From NCBI GenBank assembly GCA_964035545.1, contig OZ037768.1, forward strand, positions 15,297,875 to 15,361,874: a stretch of 64,000 nucleotides of DNA. Reading direction: 5' to 3'. Origin of the DNA: Bugula neritina. Lineage: Eukaryota; Animalia; Bryozoa. The notes below the pieces were generated by a model. The model was given only the letters and a program-made list of their open reading frames with translations, searched no databases and had not been told where the DNA came from. Below are positions 27,181 through 44,300 of this stretch, piece by piece. The position numbers and the translations under genes were made by a program. Position 1 is the first letter of the stretch, and every line of letters begins with the position of its first letter.

Positions 27181-29044
27181 CAAGACACCGCAAGATACTG
27201 AAATACACTGCAACACACTGAAGTATACTGAAATATACAGAAATCTATTGTAAAATACTGAAATATATTTCAACATACTGAAATATACCTAAAAACATTG
27301 AAACATACTGAAATACACTGTAACCTACTGAAATACACTGCAACACATTGCAATGTACTGCAAAATACCGAAATATATGGTAACCTACTGAAATATGTTG
27401 CAAACTACTGAAATATACTGCAACATACTGCAACATACTGAAAAAAGATGCAACACATTGAAATATACTGCAACATACCGAATTATATGGTAACCTACTG
27501 AAATATACTGTAATACATTGAATAAGTTTACAGAAATGTACTGTAACATACTGAAACATACGTCAACATACTGAAATGAACCGCAACATGCTGAAATAGA
27601 CTGCAACAGACTGCAACATACTGAAATACACTGTAACATACTGAAATACACTGCAACACATTGAAATATACCGCAACATACCGAAATAAATGATAACCTA
27701 CTGAAATAGACTGTAACACATTGAATCATACTGCAAAATACTTAAATACACTGCAACACACTGGAGTATACTGTAATATTCAGAAATATACTGTAACATA
27801 CTGCAACATACTGAAATACACCGTAACAAACTGAATTACACAGCAACATACTGAAATACACTGTAACATATTGAAATAGACTGCAACACATTGGAATATA
27901 ATGAAACATACCGAAATGTATGGTAACCTACTGAAAAATGTTGCAAACCACTGAAACATAGTGCAACATCCTGAAACAAAATGAGATATACTAAAACACA
28001 CTAAAACATACTACAAAATACTGAAATACACTGTAACATACTGAAATATACTGCAACATACTGCAACATAATGAAATACACTGTAACCTACACAATATAT
28101 ACTGTAACACATTGAAATATACCAAACACTCTGAAATACACTGCAACAAAATGAAGTATACTGAAAAATACAGAAATCTACTGTAAAATACTGAAATATA
28201 CTTCAACATACTGAATTTTACCTAAAAACATTGAAAAATACTGCAATACACTGTAACATACTGAAATACACTGCAACACATTCGAATGTACTGCAACATA
28301 CCGAAATATATGGTAACCTACTGAAATATACTGTAACACATTGAATGAATTTACAGAAATGTACTGTAACATACTGAAACATACGTCAACATACTGAAAT
28401 GTACTGCAACATTCCGAAGTAGACTGCAACATACTGAAATATACTGCAACATACTGCAATACAGTATAACATACTGAAATAAACTGCAAGACACTGAAGT
28501 ATACCGTAATTTACGGAAATGTACTGTAAAATACTGAAACATACGTCAACATACTGAAATGTACTGCAACATGCTGAAATATACTGCAACATACTGAAAT
28601 ACACTTTAACATACTGAATCACACTGCAACATACTGCAACATACTGAAGTACACTGCAACAAAATTAAACATACTGTAACACACTGAAACATACTGCAAA
28701 ATACTGAGTTATACTCTAACATACTAAAGCATCCTGCAACATACTGAAACATACTTCAACATACTGAAATATACCTAAAAATATTGAAACATAGTGAAAT
28801 TCACTGTAACATACTGAAATACACTGCAACACACTGAAGTATACTGAAATATACAGAAATGTACTGTAAAATACTGAAATATACTGCAACATTCCGAAAT
28901 ATACTGCAACACATTGAAATATACCGAACATTCTGAGATACACTGGAACACAATGAAGTATACTGAAATATACAGAAATCTGCTGAAAAATACTGAAAGA
29001 TACTTCAACATACTGAAATATACCTAAAAACATTGAAACATACA

Positions 29045-32000
29045 GAAATACACTGTAACATACTGAAATACACTGCAAAACATTGGAACATACTGCAACA
29101 TACCGAAATATATGGTAACCTACTGAAATATGTTGCAAACTACTGAAATATACTGCAACATACTGCAACATACTGAGATACACTGCAACACATTGAAATA
29201 TACTGCAATATACCGAAATGTGCTGTAGCATACTTAAATACACTGCAAAACACTGAAATATACTGTAATATACAGAAATTCACTGTAACAAACTGAAACA
29301 TACGTCAACATACTAAAATGTACTGCAACATGCTCAAATATACTGCAGCATACTGAATTACACTGTAACAAACTGAATTAAACTGCAACATACTGCGACA
29401 TACTGAAGTGCACTGCACTAAAATTAAACATACTGTAACAAACTGAAACATACTGCAAATTACTGAAATATATGGTAACCTACTCAAAATATACTGCAAC
29501 ATACTGAAATATGCTGTAGCATACTGAAATACACTGCAAAACACTGAAGTATACCGTAATTAACAGAAATGTACTCTAACATACTGAAATATACTTAAAC
29601 ATACTGAAATATACCTAAAAACATTGAAACATAGTGAAATACACTGTAACATACTGAAATACACTGCAACACACTGGACTATACTGCAACATACCGAAAT
29701 ATATGGTAACCTACTGAAATATGTTTCAAACTACTGAAATATACTGTAACATACTGAAATACAGTGTAACATACTGAAATACACTGAAAGACGCTGAAGT
29801 ATACCGTATTTTACAGAAAGTAGTGTAACATACTGAAACATACATCAACATACTGAAATGTACTGCAACATGCAGAAATATACTGCAACATACTGAAAAA
29901 CACTGTAACATACTGAAATATACTGCAACATACTGCAACATACTGAAATACACTGTAACATACTGAAATACACTGCAACACATCGAAATATATCGCAACA
30001 TACCGAATTATGTGATAACCTACTGAATTAGACTGTAACACATTGAATCATACTGCAACATACTGAAACACACTGCAACACACTGAAGTATAATGTATTA
30101 TATGGAAATATACTGTAACATACTGCAACATACTGAAATACACTGTAACAAACTGGATTACACAGCAACATACTGTAATACACTGCAACACATTGAAGTA
30201 TACTGTAATATAAAGAAATATACTGTAACATACTGCAACATACTGAAATACACCGTAGCAAACTGAATTACACAGCAACACACTGACGTATACTGTAATA
30301 TACGGAAATATACTGTAACATACTGCAACATACTGAAATACATCGTAACAAACTAATCTACACAGCAACACACTGAAGTATACTGTAATATACGGTAATA
30401 TACTGTAACATACTGCAACATACTGAAATACACTGTAACATACTGAAATAGACTGCAACACATTGAAATGTACTGCAACATACTGAAATATACTGTAAGA
30501 CACCGCAACATACTGAAATACACTGCAACACACTGAAGTATACTGAAATATACAGAAATCTATTGTAAAATACTGAAATATATTTCAACATACTGAAATA
30601 TACCTAAAAACATTGAAACATACTGAAATACACTGTAACCTACTGAAATGCACTGCAACACATTGGAATGTACTGCAACATACCGAAATATATGGTAACC
30701 TACTGAAAAATGTTGCAAACTACTGAAATATACTGCAACATACTGCAACATACTGAAAAAAGATGCAACACATTGAAATATACTGCAACATACCGAATTA
30801 TATGGTAACCTACTGAAATATACTGTAACACATTGAATAAGTTTACAGAAATGTACTGTAACATACTGAAACATACGTCAACATACTGAAATGAACCGCA
30901 ACATGCTGAAATAGACTGCAACATACTGCAACATACTGAAATACACTGTAACATACTGAAATACACTGCAAAACATTGGAACATACTGCAACATACCGAA
31001 ATATATGGTAACCTACTGAAATATGTTGCAAACTACTGAAATATACTGCAACATACTGCAACATACTGAGATACACTGCAACACATTGAAATATACTGCA
31101 ATATACCGAAATGTGCTGTAGCATACTTAAATACACTGCAAAACACTGAAATATACTGTAATATACAGAAATTCACTGTAACAAACTGAAACATACGTCA
31201 ACATACTAAAATGTACTGCAACATGCTCAAATATACTGCAGCATACTGAATTACACTGTAACAAACTGAATTACACTGCAACATACTGCGACATACTGAA
31301 GTGCACTGCACTAAAATTAAACATACTGTAACAAACTGAAACATACTGCAAATTACTGAAATATATGGTAACCTACTCAAAATATACTGCAACATACTGA
31401 AATATGCTGTAGCATACTGAAATACACTGCAAAACACTGAAGTATACCGTAATTAACAGAAATGTACTCTAACATACTGAAATATACTTAAACATACTGA
31501 AATATACCTAAAAACATTGAAACATAGTGAAATACACTGTAACATACTGAAATACACTGCAACACACTGGACTATACTGCAACATACCGAAATATATGGT
31601 AACCTACTGAAATATGTTTCAAACTACTGAAATATACTGTAACATACTGAAATACAGCGTAACATACTGAAATACACTGAAAGACGCTGAAGTATACCGT
31701 ATTTTACAGAAAGTAGTGTAACATACTGAAACATACATCAACATACTGAAATGTACTGCAACATGCAGAAATATACTGCAACATACTGAAAAACACTGTA
31801 ACATACTGAAATATACTGCAACATACTGCAACATACTGAAATACACTGTAACATACTGAAATACACTGCAACACATCGAAATATATCGCAACATACCGAA
31901 TTATGTGATAACCTACTGAATTAGACTGTAACACATTGAATCATACTGCAACATACTGAAACACACTGCAACACACTGAAGTATAATGTATTATATGGAA

Positions 32001-32864
32001 ATATACTGTAACATACTGCAACATACTGAAATACACTGTAACAAACTGGATTACACAGCAACATACTGTAATACACTGCAACACATTGAAGTATACTGTA
32101 ATATAAAGAAATATACTGTAACATACTGCAACATACTGAAATACACCGTAGCAAACTGAATTACACAGCAACACACTGACGTATACTGTAATATACGGAA
32201 ATATACTGTAACATACTGCAACATACTGAAATACATCGTAACAAACTAATCTACACAGCAACACACTGAAGTATACTGTAATATACGGTAATATACTGTA
32301 ACATACTGCAACATACTGAAATACACTGTAACATACTGAAATAGACTGCAACACATTGAAATGTACTGCAACATACTGAAATATACTGTAAGACACCGCA
32401 ACATACTGAAATACACTGCAACACACTGAAGTATACTGAAATATACAGAAATCTATTGTAAAATACTGAAATATATTTCAACATACTGAAATATACCTAA
32501 AAACATTGAAACATACTGAAATACACTGTAACCTACTGAAATGCACTGCAACACATTGGAATGTACTGCAACATACCGAAATATATGGTAACCTACTGAA
32601 AAATGTTGCAAACTACTGAAATATACTGCAACATACTGCAACATACTGAAAAAAGATGCAACACATTGAAATATACTGCAACATACCGAATTATATGGTA
32701 ACCTACTGAAATATACTGTAACACATTGAATAAGTTTACAGAAATGTACTGTAACATACTGAAACATACGTCAACATACTGAAATGAACCGCAACATGCT
32801 GAAATAGACTGCAACATACTGCAACATACTGAAATACACTGTAACATACTGAAATACACTGCAA
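29045..32864 (+). repeat. 1893-bp tandem duplication in satellite B (2 copies)
   Basis: ORF pairs 29305/31198, 29726/31619, 30048/31941 and 30560/32453 are offset by 1893. Confidence 0.92.
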
Positions 32865-33609
32865 CACATTGAAATATACCGCAACATACCGAAATAAATG
32901 ATAACCTACTGAAATAGACTGTAACACATTGAATCGTGCTGCAAAATACTTAAATACACTGCAACACACTGAAGTATACTGTAATATTCAGAAATATACT
33001 GTAACATACTGCAACATACCGAAATACACCGTAACAAACTGAATTACTCAGCAATATACTGAAATACACTGTAACATATTGAAATAGACTGCAACACATT
33101 GAAATATACTGAAACATACTGAAATGTATGGTAACCTACTGAAAAATGTTGCAAACCACTGAGACATACTGCAGCATCCTGAAGCAAAATGAGATATACT
33201 ATAACACACTCAAACATACTGCAAAATACTGAAATAGACTGTAACATACTGAAATATACAGCAACGTACTGCAACATACTGAAATACACTGTAACATGCT
33301 GAAATACACTGTAAAATAATGAAATACACTGCAACACATAGAAATATACTGCAACATACCGAGTTATATGGTAACCTTCTCAAAATATACTGTAACACAT
33401 TGAAATATACCGAACATTCTGAGATACACTGGAACACAATGAAGTACACTGAAATATACAGAAATCTGCTGAAAAATACTGAAAGATACTTCAACATACT
33501 GAAATATACCTAAAAACATTGAAACATACAGAAATACACTGTAACATACTGAAATACACTGCAAAACATTGAAATGTACTGTAACATACTGAAACATACG
33601 TCAACATAA

Positions 33610-36600
33610 TGAAATACATGGTAACCTACTTAAAATATACTGCAACATACTGAAATATGCTGTAGCATACTGAAATACACTGCAAAACACTAAAGTATAC
33701 CGTAATTTACAGAAATGTACTGTAACATACTGAAATATACTTCAACATACTGAAATATACCTAAAAACCTTGAGACATACTGAAATACAGTGTAACATAC
33801 TGAAATACACTGCAACACATTGGACTGTACTGCAACATACCGAAATATATGTTAACCTACTGAAATATGTTGCAAACTACTGAGATATACTGCAACATAC
33901 TGCAACATACTGAAATACACTGCTACACATTGAAATATACTGAAATGTACTGTAACATGCTGAAACATACTGCAACATACTGAAATACAGTGTAACATAC
34001 TGAAATACACTGCAAGATGCTGAAGTATACCGTATTTTACAGAAAGTAATGTAACATACTGAAACATACGTCAACATAATGAAAAGTACTGCAACTTGCT
34101 GAAATATACTGCAACGTACTGAAATACAGTGCAACATACTGAAATACACTGCAAGACACTGAAGTATACCGTAATTTACAGAAATGTACTGTAACATACT
34201 GAAACATACGTCAACATACTGAAATGTACTGCAAAATGCTGGAATATACTGCAACATACTGAAATACACTGTAACAAACTGAATTTCACTGCAACATACT
34301 GCAACATACTGAAGTACACTGCAACAAAATGAAACATACTGTAACACACTGAAACATACTGCAACATACTGAAATATACTGTAACAAACTAAAGCATCCT
34401 GCAATCTACTGAAATACACTGTAACATACTGAAGTACACTGCAACACATCAGAACATACTGCAACATACCGAAATATATCGTAACCTACTGAAATATGTT
34501 GCAAACTACTTAAATATACTGCAACATACTGCAACATATTAGGATACACTGTAACATATTGAATTACATCTCAACAGAGTGAAATAAACTTCAACATACT
34601 GCAATATACTGCAACATACTGAAATATACTGCAAGATACTGCAACATACTGAAATACATTGTAAGATACTGAAATACACTGTAACATACTGAAATACACT
34701 GCAACACATTGGAATGTACTGCACCATACTGAAATATGTGGTAACCTACTGCAATATACTGTAACACAGTGAATGAGTTTACAGAAATGTACTGTAACAT
34801 ACTGAAACATACGTCAACATACTGAAATGAACTGCAACATGCTGAAATATACTGCAACATACTGAAATACACTGTAACATACTGAAATACACTGCAACAC
34901 ATTGGAATGTACTGCACCATACTGAAATATGTGGTAACCTACTGAAATATACTGTAACACAGTGAATGAGTTTACAGAAATGTACTGTAACATACTGAAA
35001 CATACGTCAACATACTGAAATGAACTGCAACATGCTGAAATACACTGCAACATACTGAAATACACTGTAACGTACTGAATCACACTGCAACATACTGCAA
35101 CAAACTGAAATGTACTGCAACATGCTGAAATATACTGCAACATACTGAAATACACTGTAACATACTGAATTACACTGCAACATACTGCAACATACTGAAG
35201 TGCACTGCAAAAAAAATAAACATACTGTAACACACTGAAACATACTGCAAAATACTGAAATACATGGTAACCTACTCAAAATATACTGCAACATACTGAA
35301 ATATGCTGTAGCATACTGAAATACACTGCAAAACACTAAAGTATACCGTAATTTACAGAAATGTACTGTAACATACTGAAATATACTTAAACATACTGAA
35401 ATATACCTAAAAACCTTGAGACATACTGAAATACAGTGTAACATACTGAAATACACTGCAACACATTGGACTGTACTGCAACATACCGAAATATATGGTA
35501 ACCTACTGAAATATGTTGCAAACTACTGAGATATACTGCAACATACTGCAACATACTGAAATACACTGCTACACATTGAAATATACTGAAATGTACTGTA
35601 ACATGCTGAAACATACTGCAACATACTGAAATACACTGTAACATACTGAGTTACACTGCAACATACTGCGACATACTGAAGTACAGTGCAACAAAATTAA
35701 ACATACTGTAACACACTGAGACATACTGCAAAAAACTGAAATATACTGTACCATACTAAAGCATCCTGCAACATACTGAAACATACTTCAACATACTGAA
35801 TTGTACTGCAACATGCTGAAATATACTGCAACATACTGAAATACAGTGTAACATACTGAAATACACTGCAACACACTGGGCTGTACTGCAACATACCGAA
35901 ATATATGGTAACCTACTGAAATATGTTGCAAACAACTGAGATATACTGCAACATACTGCAACATACTGAAATACACTGCTACACATTGAAATATACTGAA
36001 ATGTACTGTAACATGCTGAAATATACTGCAACATACTGAAATACACTGTAACATACTGAATTACACTGCAACATACTGCAACATACTGAAGTGCACTGCA
36101 AAAAAATTAAACATACTGTAACACACTGAAACATGCTGCAAAATACTGAAGTACATGGTAACCTACTCAAAGTATACTGCAACATACTGAAATATGCTGT
36201 AGCATACTGAAATACACTGCAAAACACTAAAGTATACCGTAATTTACAGAAACGTACTGTATCATACTGAAATATACTTCAACATACTGAAATATACCTA
36301 AAAACCTTGAGACATACTGGAATACACTGCAACACATTGGACTGTACTGCAACATACCGAAATATATGGTAACCTACTGAAATATGTTGCAAACTACTGA
36401 GATATACTGCAACATACTGCAACATACTGAAATACACTGCTACACATTGAAATATACTGAAATGTACTGTAACATGCTGAAACATACTGCAACATACTGA
36501 AATACAGTGTAACATACTGAAATACACTGCAAGACGCTGAAGTATACCGTATTTTACAGAAAGTAATGTAACATACTGAAACATACGTCAACATACTGAA

Positions 36601-38352
36601 ATGTACTGTAACATACTGAAACATATGTCAACATAATGAAAAGTACTGCAACTTGCTGAAATATACTGCAACGTACTAAAATACAGTGTAACATACTGAA
36701 ATACACTGCAAGACACTGAAGTATACCGTAATTTACAGAAATGTACTGTAACATACTGAAACATACGTCAACATACTGAAATGTACTGCAAAATGCTGGA
36801 ATATACTGCAACATACTGAAATACACTATAACAAACTGAATTTCACTGCAACATACTGCAACATACTGAAGTACACTGCAACAAAATGAAACATACTGTA
36901 ACACACTGAAACATACTGCAAAATACTGAAATATACTGTAACAAACTAAAGCATCCTGCAATCTACTGAAATACACTGTAACATACTGAAGTACACTGCA
37001 ACACATCAGAACATACTGCAACATACCGAAATATATCGTAACCTACTGAAATATGTTGCAAACTACTTAAATATACTGCAACATACTGCAACATACTAGG
37101 ATACACTGTAACATATTGAATTACATCTCAACAGAGTGAAATAAACTTCAACATACTGCAATATACTGCAACATACTGAAATATACTGCAAGATACTGCA
37201 ACATACTGAAATACATTGTAAGATACTGAAATACACTGTAACACACTGAAATACACTGCAACACATTGGAATGTACTGCACCATACTGAAATATGTGGTA
37301 ACCAACTGCAATATACTGTAACACAGTGAATGAGTTTACAGAAATGTACTGTAACATACTGAAACATACGTCAACATACTGAAATGAACTGCAACATGCT
37401 GAAATATACTGCAACATACTGAAATACACTGTAACATACTGAAATACACTGCAACACATTGGAATGTACTGCACCATACTGAAATATGTGGTAACCTACT
37501 GAAATATACTGTAAAACAGTGAATGAGTTTACAGAAATGTACTGTAACATACTGAAACATACGTCAACATACTGAAATGAACTGCAACATGCTGAAATAC
37601 ACTGCAACATACTGAAATACACTGTAACATACTGAATCACACTGCAACATACTGCAACAAACTGAAATGTACTGCAACATGCTGAAATATACTGCAACAT
37701 ACTGAAATACACTGTAACATACTGAATTACACTGCAACATACTGCAACATACTGAAGTGCACTGCAAAAAAATTAAACATACTGTAACACACTGAAACAT
37801 ACTGCAAAATACTCAAATACATGGTAACCTACTCAAAATATACTGCAACATACTGAAATATGCTGTAGCATACTGAAATACACTGCAAAACACTAAAGTA
37901 TACCGTAATTTACAGAAATGTACTGTAACATACTGAAATATACTTCAACATACTGAAATATACCTAAAAACCTTGAGACATACTGAAATACAGTGTAACA
38001 TACTGAAATACACTGCAACACACTGGGCTGTACTGCAACATACCGAAATATATGGTAACCTACTGAAATATGTTGCAAACAACTGAGATATACTGCAACA
38101 TACTGCAACATACTGAAATACACTGCTACACATTGAAATATACTGAAATGTACTGTAACATGCTGAAATATACTACAACATACTGAAATACACTGTAACA
38201 TACTGAATTACACTGCAACATACTGCGACATACTGAAGTACAGTGCAACAAAATTAAACATACTGTAACACACTGAAACAAACCGCAAAAAACTGAAATA
38301 TACTGTACCATACTAAAGCATCCTGCAACATACTGAAACATACTTCAACATA
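33610..38352 (+). repeat. ~2.55-kb tandem duplication (offset 2557; about 1.9 copies)
   Basis: ORF right ends 34467/37024 and left ends 34539/37096, 34779/37336 and 35569/38126 are offset by 2557. Shared words TAGGATAC and CATCTCAACAGAGTG. Confidence 0.85.
34667..35052 (+). repeat. 193-bp tandem duplication (GGAATGTACTGCACCATAC...GTGAATGAGTTTACAG cassette)
   Basis: 34681 matches 34874 at offset 193, and ORF right ends are 34810/35003. The doublet recurs near 37230, 45700, 54230, 58150 and 61060. A single copy occurs near 41150 and 42880. Confidence 0.88.
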
Positions 38353-41070
38353 CCGAAATATACCTAAAATTATTGAAACATAGTGAAATACACTGTAACA
38401 TACTGAAATACACTGCAACACACTGAAGTATACTGTAATATACAAGAATGTACTGTAAAATACTGAAATATACTGCAACATTCCGAAATATACTGCAACA
38501 CATTGAAATATACTGCAATATACCGAAATGTGCTGTAGCATACTGAAATACACTGCAAAACACTGAAATATACTGTAATATACAGAAATTCACTGTAACA
38601 TACTGAAACATACGTCAACATACTAAAATGTACTGCAACATGCTCAAATATACTGCAATATACTGAAATACACTGTAACAAACTGAATTACACTGCAACA
38701 TACTGCGACATACTGAAGTCCACCGCACCAAAATTAAACATACTGTAACACACTGAAACATACTGCAAATTACTGAAATATATGGTAACCTACTCAAAAT
38801 ATACTGCAACATACAGAAATATACTGCAAAATACTGAAATACATTGCAAAACACTGAAGTATACCGTAAAAAACAGAAATGTACTGTAACATACTGAAAT
38901 ATACTTAAACATACTGAAATAAACCTAAAATCATTGAAACATACTGAAATACACTGTAACATACTGAAATACACTGCAACACATTGGACTATAATGCAAC
39001 ATACCGAAATATATGGTAACCTACTGAAATATGTTGCAAACTACTGAAATATACTGCAACATACTGAAATACACTGTAACACACTGAATTTCACTGCAAC
39101 ATACTGCAACATACTGAAGTACACTGCAACAAAATGGAACATTCTGTAACAGACTGAAACATACTGCAAAACACTGAAATATACTGTAACAAACTAAAGC
39201 ATCCTGCAATCTACTGAAATACACTGTAACATACTGAAGTACACTGCAACACATCAGAACATACTGCAACATACCGAAATATATCGTAACCTACTGAAAT
39301 ATGTTGCAAACTACCTAAATATACTGCAACATACTGCAACATACTAGGATACACTGTAACATATTGAATTACATCTCAACAGAGTGAAATAAACTTCAAC
39401 ATACTGCAACATACTGAAGTGCACTGCAAAAAAAATAAACATACTGTAACACACTGAAACATACTGCAAAATACTGAAATACATGGTAACCTACTCAAAA
39501 TATACTGCAACATACAGAAATATGCTGTAGCATACTGAAATACACTGCAAAACACTAAAGTATACCGTAATTTACAGAAATGTACTGTAACATACTGAAA
39601 TATACTTCAACATACTGAAATATACCTAAAAACTTGAGACATACTGAAATACAGTGTAACATACTGAAATACACTGCAACACATTGGACCTTACTGCAAC
39701 ATACCGAAATATATGGTAACCTACTGAAATATGTTGCAAACAACTGAGATATACTGCAACATACTGCAACATACTGAAATACACTGCTACACATTGAAAT
39801 ATACTGAAATGTACTGTAACATGCTGAAATATACTACAACATACTGAAATACACTGTAACATACTGAATTACACTGCAACATACTGCGACATACTGAAGT
39901 ACAGTGCAACAAAATTAAACATACTGTAACACACTGAAACATACCGCAAAAAACTGAAATATACTGTACCATACTAAAGCATCCTGCAACATACTGAAAC
40001 ATACTTCAACATACCGAAATATACCTAAAATTATTGAAACATAGTGAAATACACTGTAACATACTGAAATACACTGCAACACACTGAAGTATACTGTAAT
40101 ATACAAGAATGTACTGTAAAATACTGAAATATACTGCAACATTCCGAAATATACTGCAACACATTGAAATATACTGCAATATACCGAAATGTGCTGTAGC
40201 ATACTGAAATACACTGCAAAACACTGAAATATACTGTAATATACAGAAATTCACTGTAACATACTGAAACATACGTCAACATACTAAAATGTACTGCAAC
40301 ATGCTCAAATATACTGCAATATACTGAAATACACTGTAACAAACTGAATTACACTGCAACATACTGCGACATACTGAAGTCCACCGCACCAAAATTAAAC
40401 ATACTGTAACACACTGAAACATACTGCAAATTACTGAAATATATGGTAACCTACTCAAAATATACTGCAACATACAGAAATATACTGCAAAATACTGAAA
40501 TACATTGCAAAACACTGAAGTATACCGTAAAAAACAGAAATGTACTGTAACATACTGAAATATACTTAAACATACTGAAATAAACCTAAAATCATTGAAA
40601 CATACTGAAATACACTGTAACATACTGAAATACACTGCAACACATTGGACTATAATGCAACATACCGAAATATATGGTAACCTACTGAAATATGTTGCAA
40701 ACTACTGAAATATACTGCAACATACTGAAATACACTGTAGCACACTGAATTTCACTGCAACATACTGCAACATACTGAAGTACACTGCAACAAAATGGAA
40801 CATTCTGTAACACACTGAAACATACTGCAAAACACTGAAATATACTGTAACAAACTAAAGCATCCTGCAATCTACTGAAATACACTGTAACATACTGAAG
40901 TACACTGCAACACATCAGAACATACTGCAACATACCGAAATATATCGTAACCTACTGAAATATGTTGCAAACTACCTAAATATACTGCAACATACTGCAA
41001 CATACTAGGATACACTGTAACATATTGAATTACATCTCAACAGAGTGAAATAAACTTCAACATACTGCAA
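37740..41070 (+). repeat. 1661/1662-bp tandem duplication (2 copies)
   Basis: ORF pairs 38126/39787, 38615/40276 and 39021/40682 are offset by 1661. Shared words GTCCACCGCACC and CCGTAAAAAACAG. Confidence 0.88.
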
Positions 41071-41369
41071 TATACTGCAACATACTGAAATATACTGCAA
41101 GATACTGCAACATACTGAAATACATTGTAAGATACTGAAATACACTGTAACATACTGAAATACACTACAACACATTGGAATGTACTGCACCATACTGAAA
41201 TATGTGGTAACCTACTGCAATATACTGTAACACAGTGATTGAGTTTACAGAAATGTACTGTAACATACTGAAACATACGTCAACATACTGAAATGAACTG
41301 CAACATGCTGAAATACACTGCAACATACTGAAATACACTGTAACATACTGAATCACACTGCAACATACT

Positions 41370-44300
41370 GCAAAAAACTGAAACATACTGTACCATACTA
41401 AAGCATCCTGCAACATACTGAAACATACTTCAACATACCGAAATATACCTAAAATTATTGAAACATAGTGAAATACACTGTAACATACTGAAATACACTG
41501 CAACACACTGAAGTATACTGTAATATACAAGAATGTACTGTAAAATACTGAAATATACTGCAACATTCCGAAATATACTGCAACACATTGAAATATACTG
41601 CAATATACCGAAATGTGCTGTAGCATACTGAAATACACTGCAAAACACTGAAATATACTGTAATATAGAGAAATTCACTGTAACATACTGAAACATACGT
41701 CAACATACTAAAATGTACTGCAACATGCTTAAATATACTGCAATATACTGAAATACACTGTAACAAACTGAATTACACTGCAACATACTGCGACATACTG
41801 AAGTCCACTGCACCAAAATTAAACATACTGTAACACACTGAAACATACTGCAAATTACTGAAATATATGGTAACCTACTCAAAATATACTGCAACATACT
41901 GAAATATACTGCAAAATACTGAAATACACTGCAAAACACTGAAGTATACCGTAATTAACAGAAATGTACTGTAACATACTGAAATATACTTAAACATACT
42001 GAAATATACCTAAAATCATTGAAACATACTGAAATACACTGTAACATACTGAAATACACTGCAACACATTGGACTATAATGCAACATACCGAAATATATG
42101 GTAACCTACTGAAATATGTTGCAAACTACTGAAATATACTGCAACATACTGAAATACAGTGTAACATACTGAAATACACTGCAAGACGCTGAAGTATACC
42201 GTATTTTACAGAAAGTAATGTAACATACTGAAACATACGTCAACATACTGAAATGTACTGTAACATACTGAAACATACGTCAACAAAATGAAAAGTACTG
42301 CAACTTGCTGAAATATACTGCAAAGTACTGAAATACAGTGTAACATACTGAAATACACTGCAAGACACTGAAGTATACCGTAATTTACAGAAATGTACTG
42401 TAACATACTGAAACATACGTCAACATACTGAAATGTACTGCAAAATGCTGGAATATACTGCAGCATACTGAAATACACTGTAACAAACTGAATTTCACTG
42501 CAACATACTGCAACATACTGAGGTACACTGCAACAAAATGAAACATACTGTAACACACTGAAACATACTGCAAAATACTGAAATATACTGTAACAAACTA
42601 AAGCATCCTGCAATCTACTGAAATACACTGTAACATACTGAAGTACACTGCAACACATCAGAACATACTGCAACATACCGAAATATATCGTAACCTACTG
42701 AAATATGTTGCAAACTACTTAAATATACTGCAACATACTGCAACATACTAGGATACACTGTAACATATTGAATTACATCTCAACAGAGTGAAATAAACTT
42801 CAACATAATGCAATATACTGCAACATACTGAAATATACTGCAAGATACTGCAACATACTGAAATACATTGTAAGATACTGAAATACACTGTAACATACTG
42901 AAATACACTGCAACACATTGGAATGTACTGCACCATACTGAAATATGTGGTAACCTACTGCAATATACTGTAACACAGTGAATGAGTTTACAGAAATGTA
43001 CTGTAACATACTGAAACATACGTCAACATACTGAAATGAACTGCAACATGCTGATATATACTGCAACATACTGAAATACACTGTAACATACTGAATCACA
43101 CTGCAACATACTGCAACAAACTGAAATGTACTGCAACATGCTGAAATATACTGCAACATACTGAAATACACTGTAACATACTGAATTACACTGCAACATA
43201 CTGCAACATACTGAAGTGCACTGCAAAAAAAATAAACATACTGTAACACACTGAAACATACTGCAAAATACTGAAATACATGGTAACCTACTCAAAATAT
43301 ACTGCAACATACAGAAATATGCTGTAGCATACTGAAATACACTGCAAAACACTAAAGTATACCGTAATTTACAGAAATGTACTGTAACATACTGAAATAT
43401 ACTTCAACATACTGAAATATACCTAAAAACTTGAGACATACTGAAATACAGTGTAACATACTGAAATACACTGCAACACATTGGACCTTACTGCAACATA
43501 CCGAAATATATGGTAACCTACTGAAATATGTTGCAAACTACTGAGATATACTGCAACATACTTCAACATACTGAAATACACTGCTACACATTGAAATATA
43601 CTGAAATGTACTGTAACATACTGAAACATACGTCAACATACTAAAATGTACTGCAACATGCTCAAATATACTGCAATATACTGAAATACACTGTAACATA
43701 CTGAATTACACTGCAACATACTGCGACATACTGAAGTACAGTGCAACAAAATTAAACATACTGTAACACACTGAAACATACTGCAAAAAACTGAAATATA
43801 CTGTACCATACTAAAGCATCCTGCAACATACTGAAACATACTTCAACATACTGAATTGTACTGCAACATGCTGAAATATACTGCAACATACTGAAATACA
43901 GTGTAACATACTGAAATACACTACAACACACTGGGCTGTACTGCAACATACCGAAATATATGGTAACCTACTGAAATATGTTGCAAACAACTGAGATATA
44001 CTGCAACATACTGCAACATACTGAAATACACTGCTACACATTGAAATATACTGAAATGTACTGTAACATGCTGAAATATACTGCAACATACTGAAATACA
44101 CTGTAACATACTGAATTACACTGCAACATACTGCGACATACTGAAGTACAGTGCAACAAAATTAAACATACTGTAACACACTGAAACATACTGCAAAAAA
44201 CTGAAATATACTGTACCATACTAAAGCATCCTGCAACATACTGAAACATACTTCAACATACCGAAATATACCTAAAATTATTGAAATATAGTGAAATACA

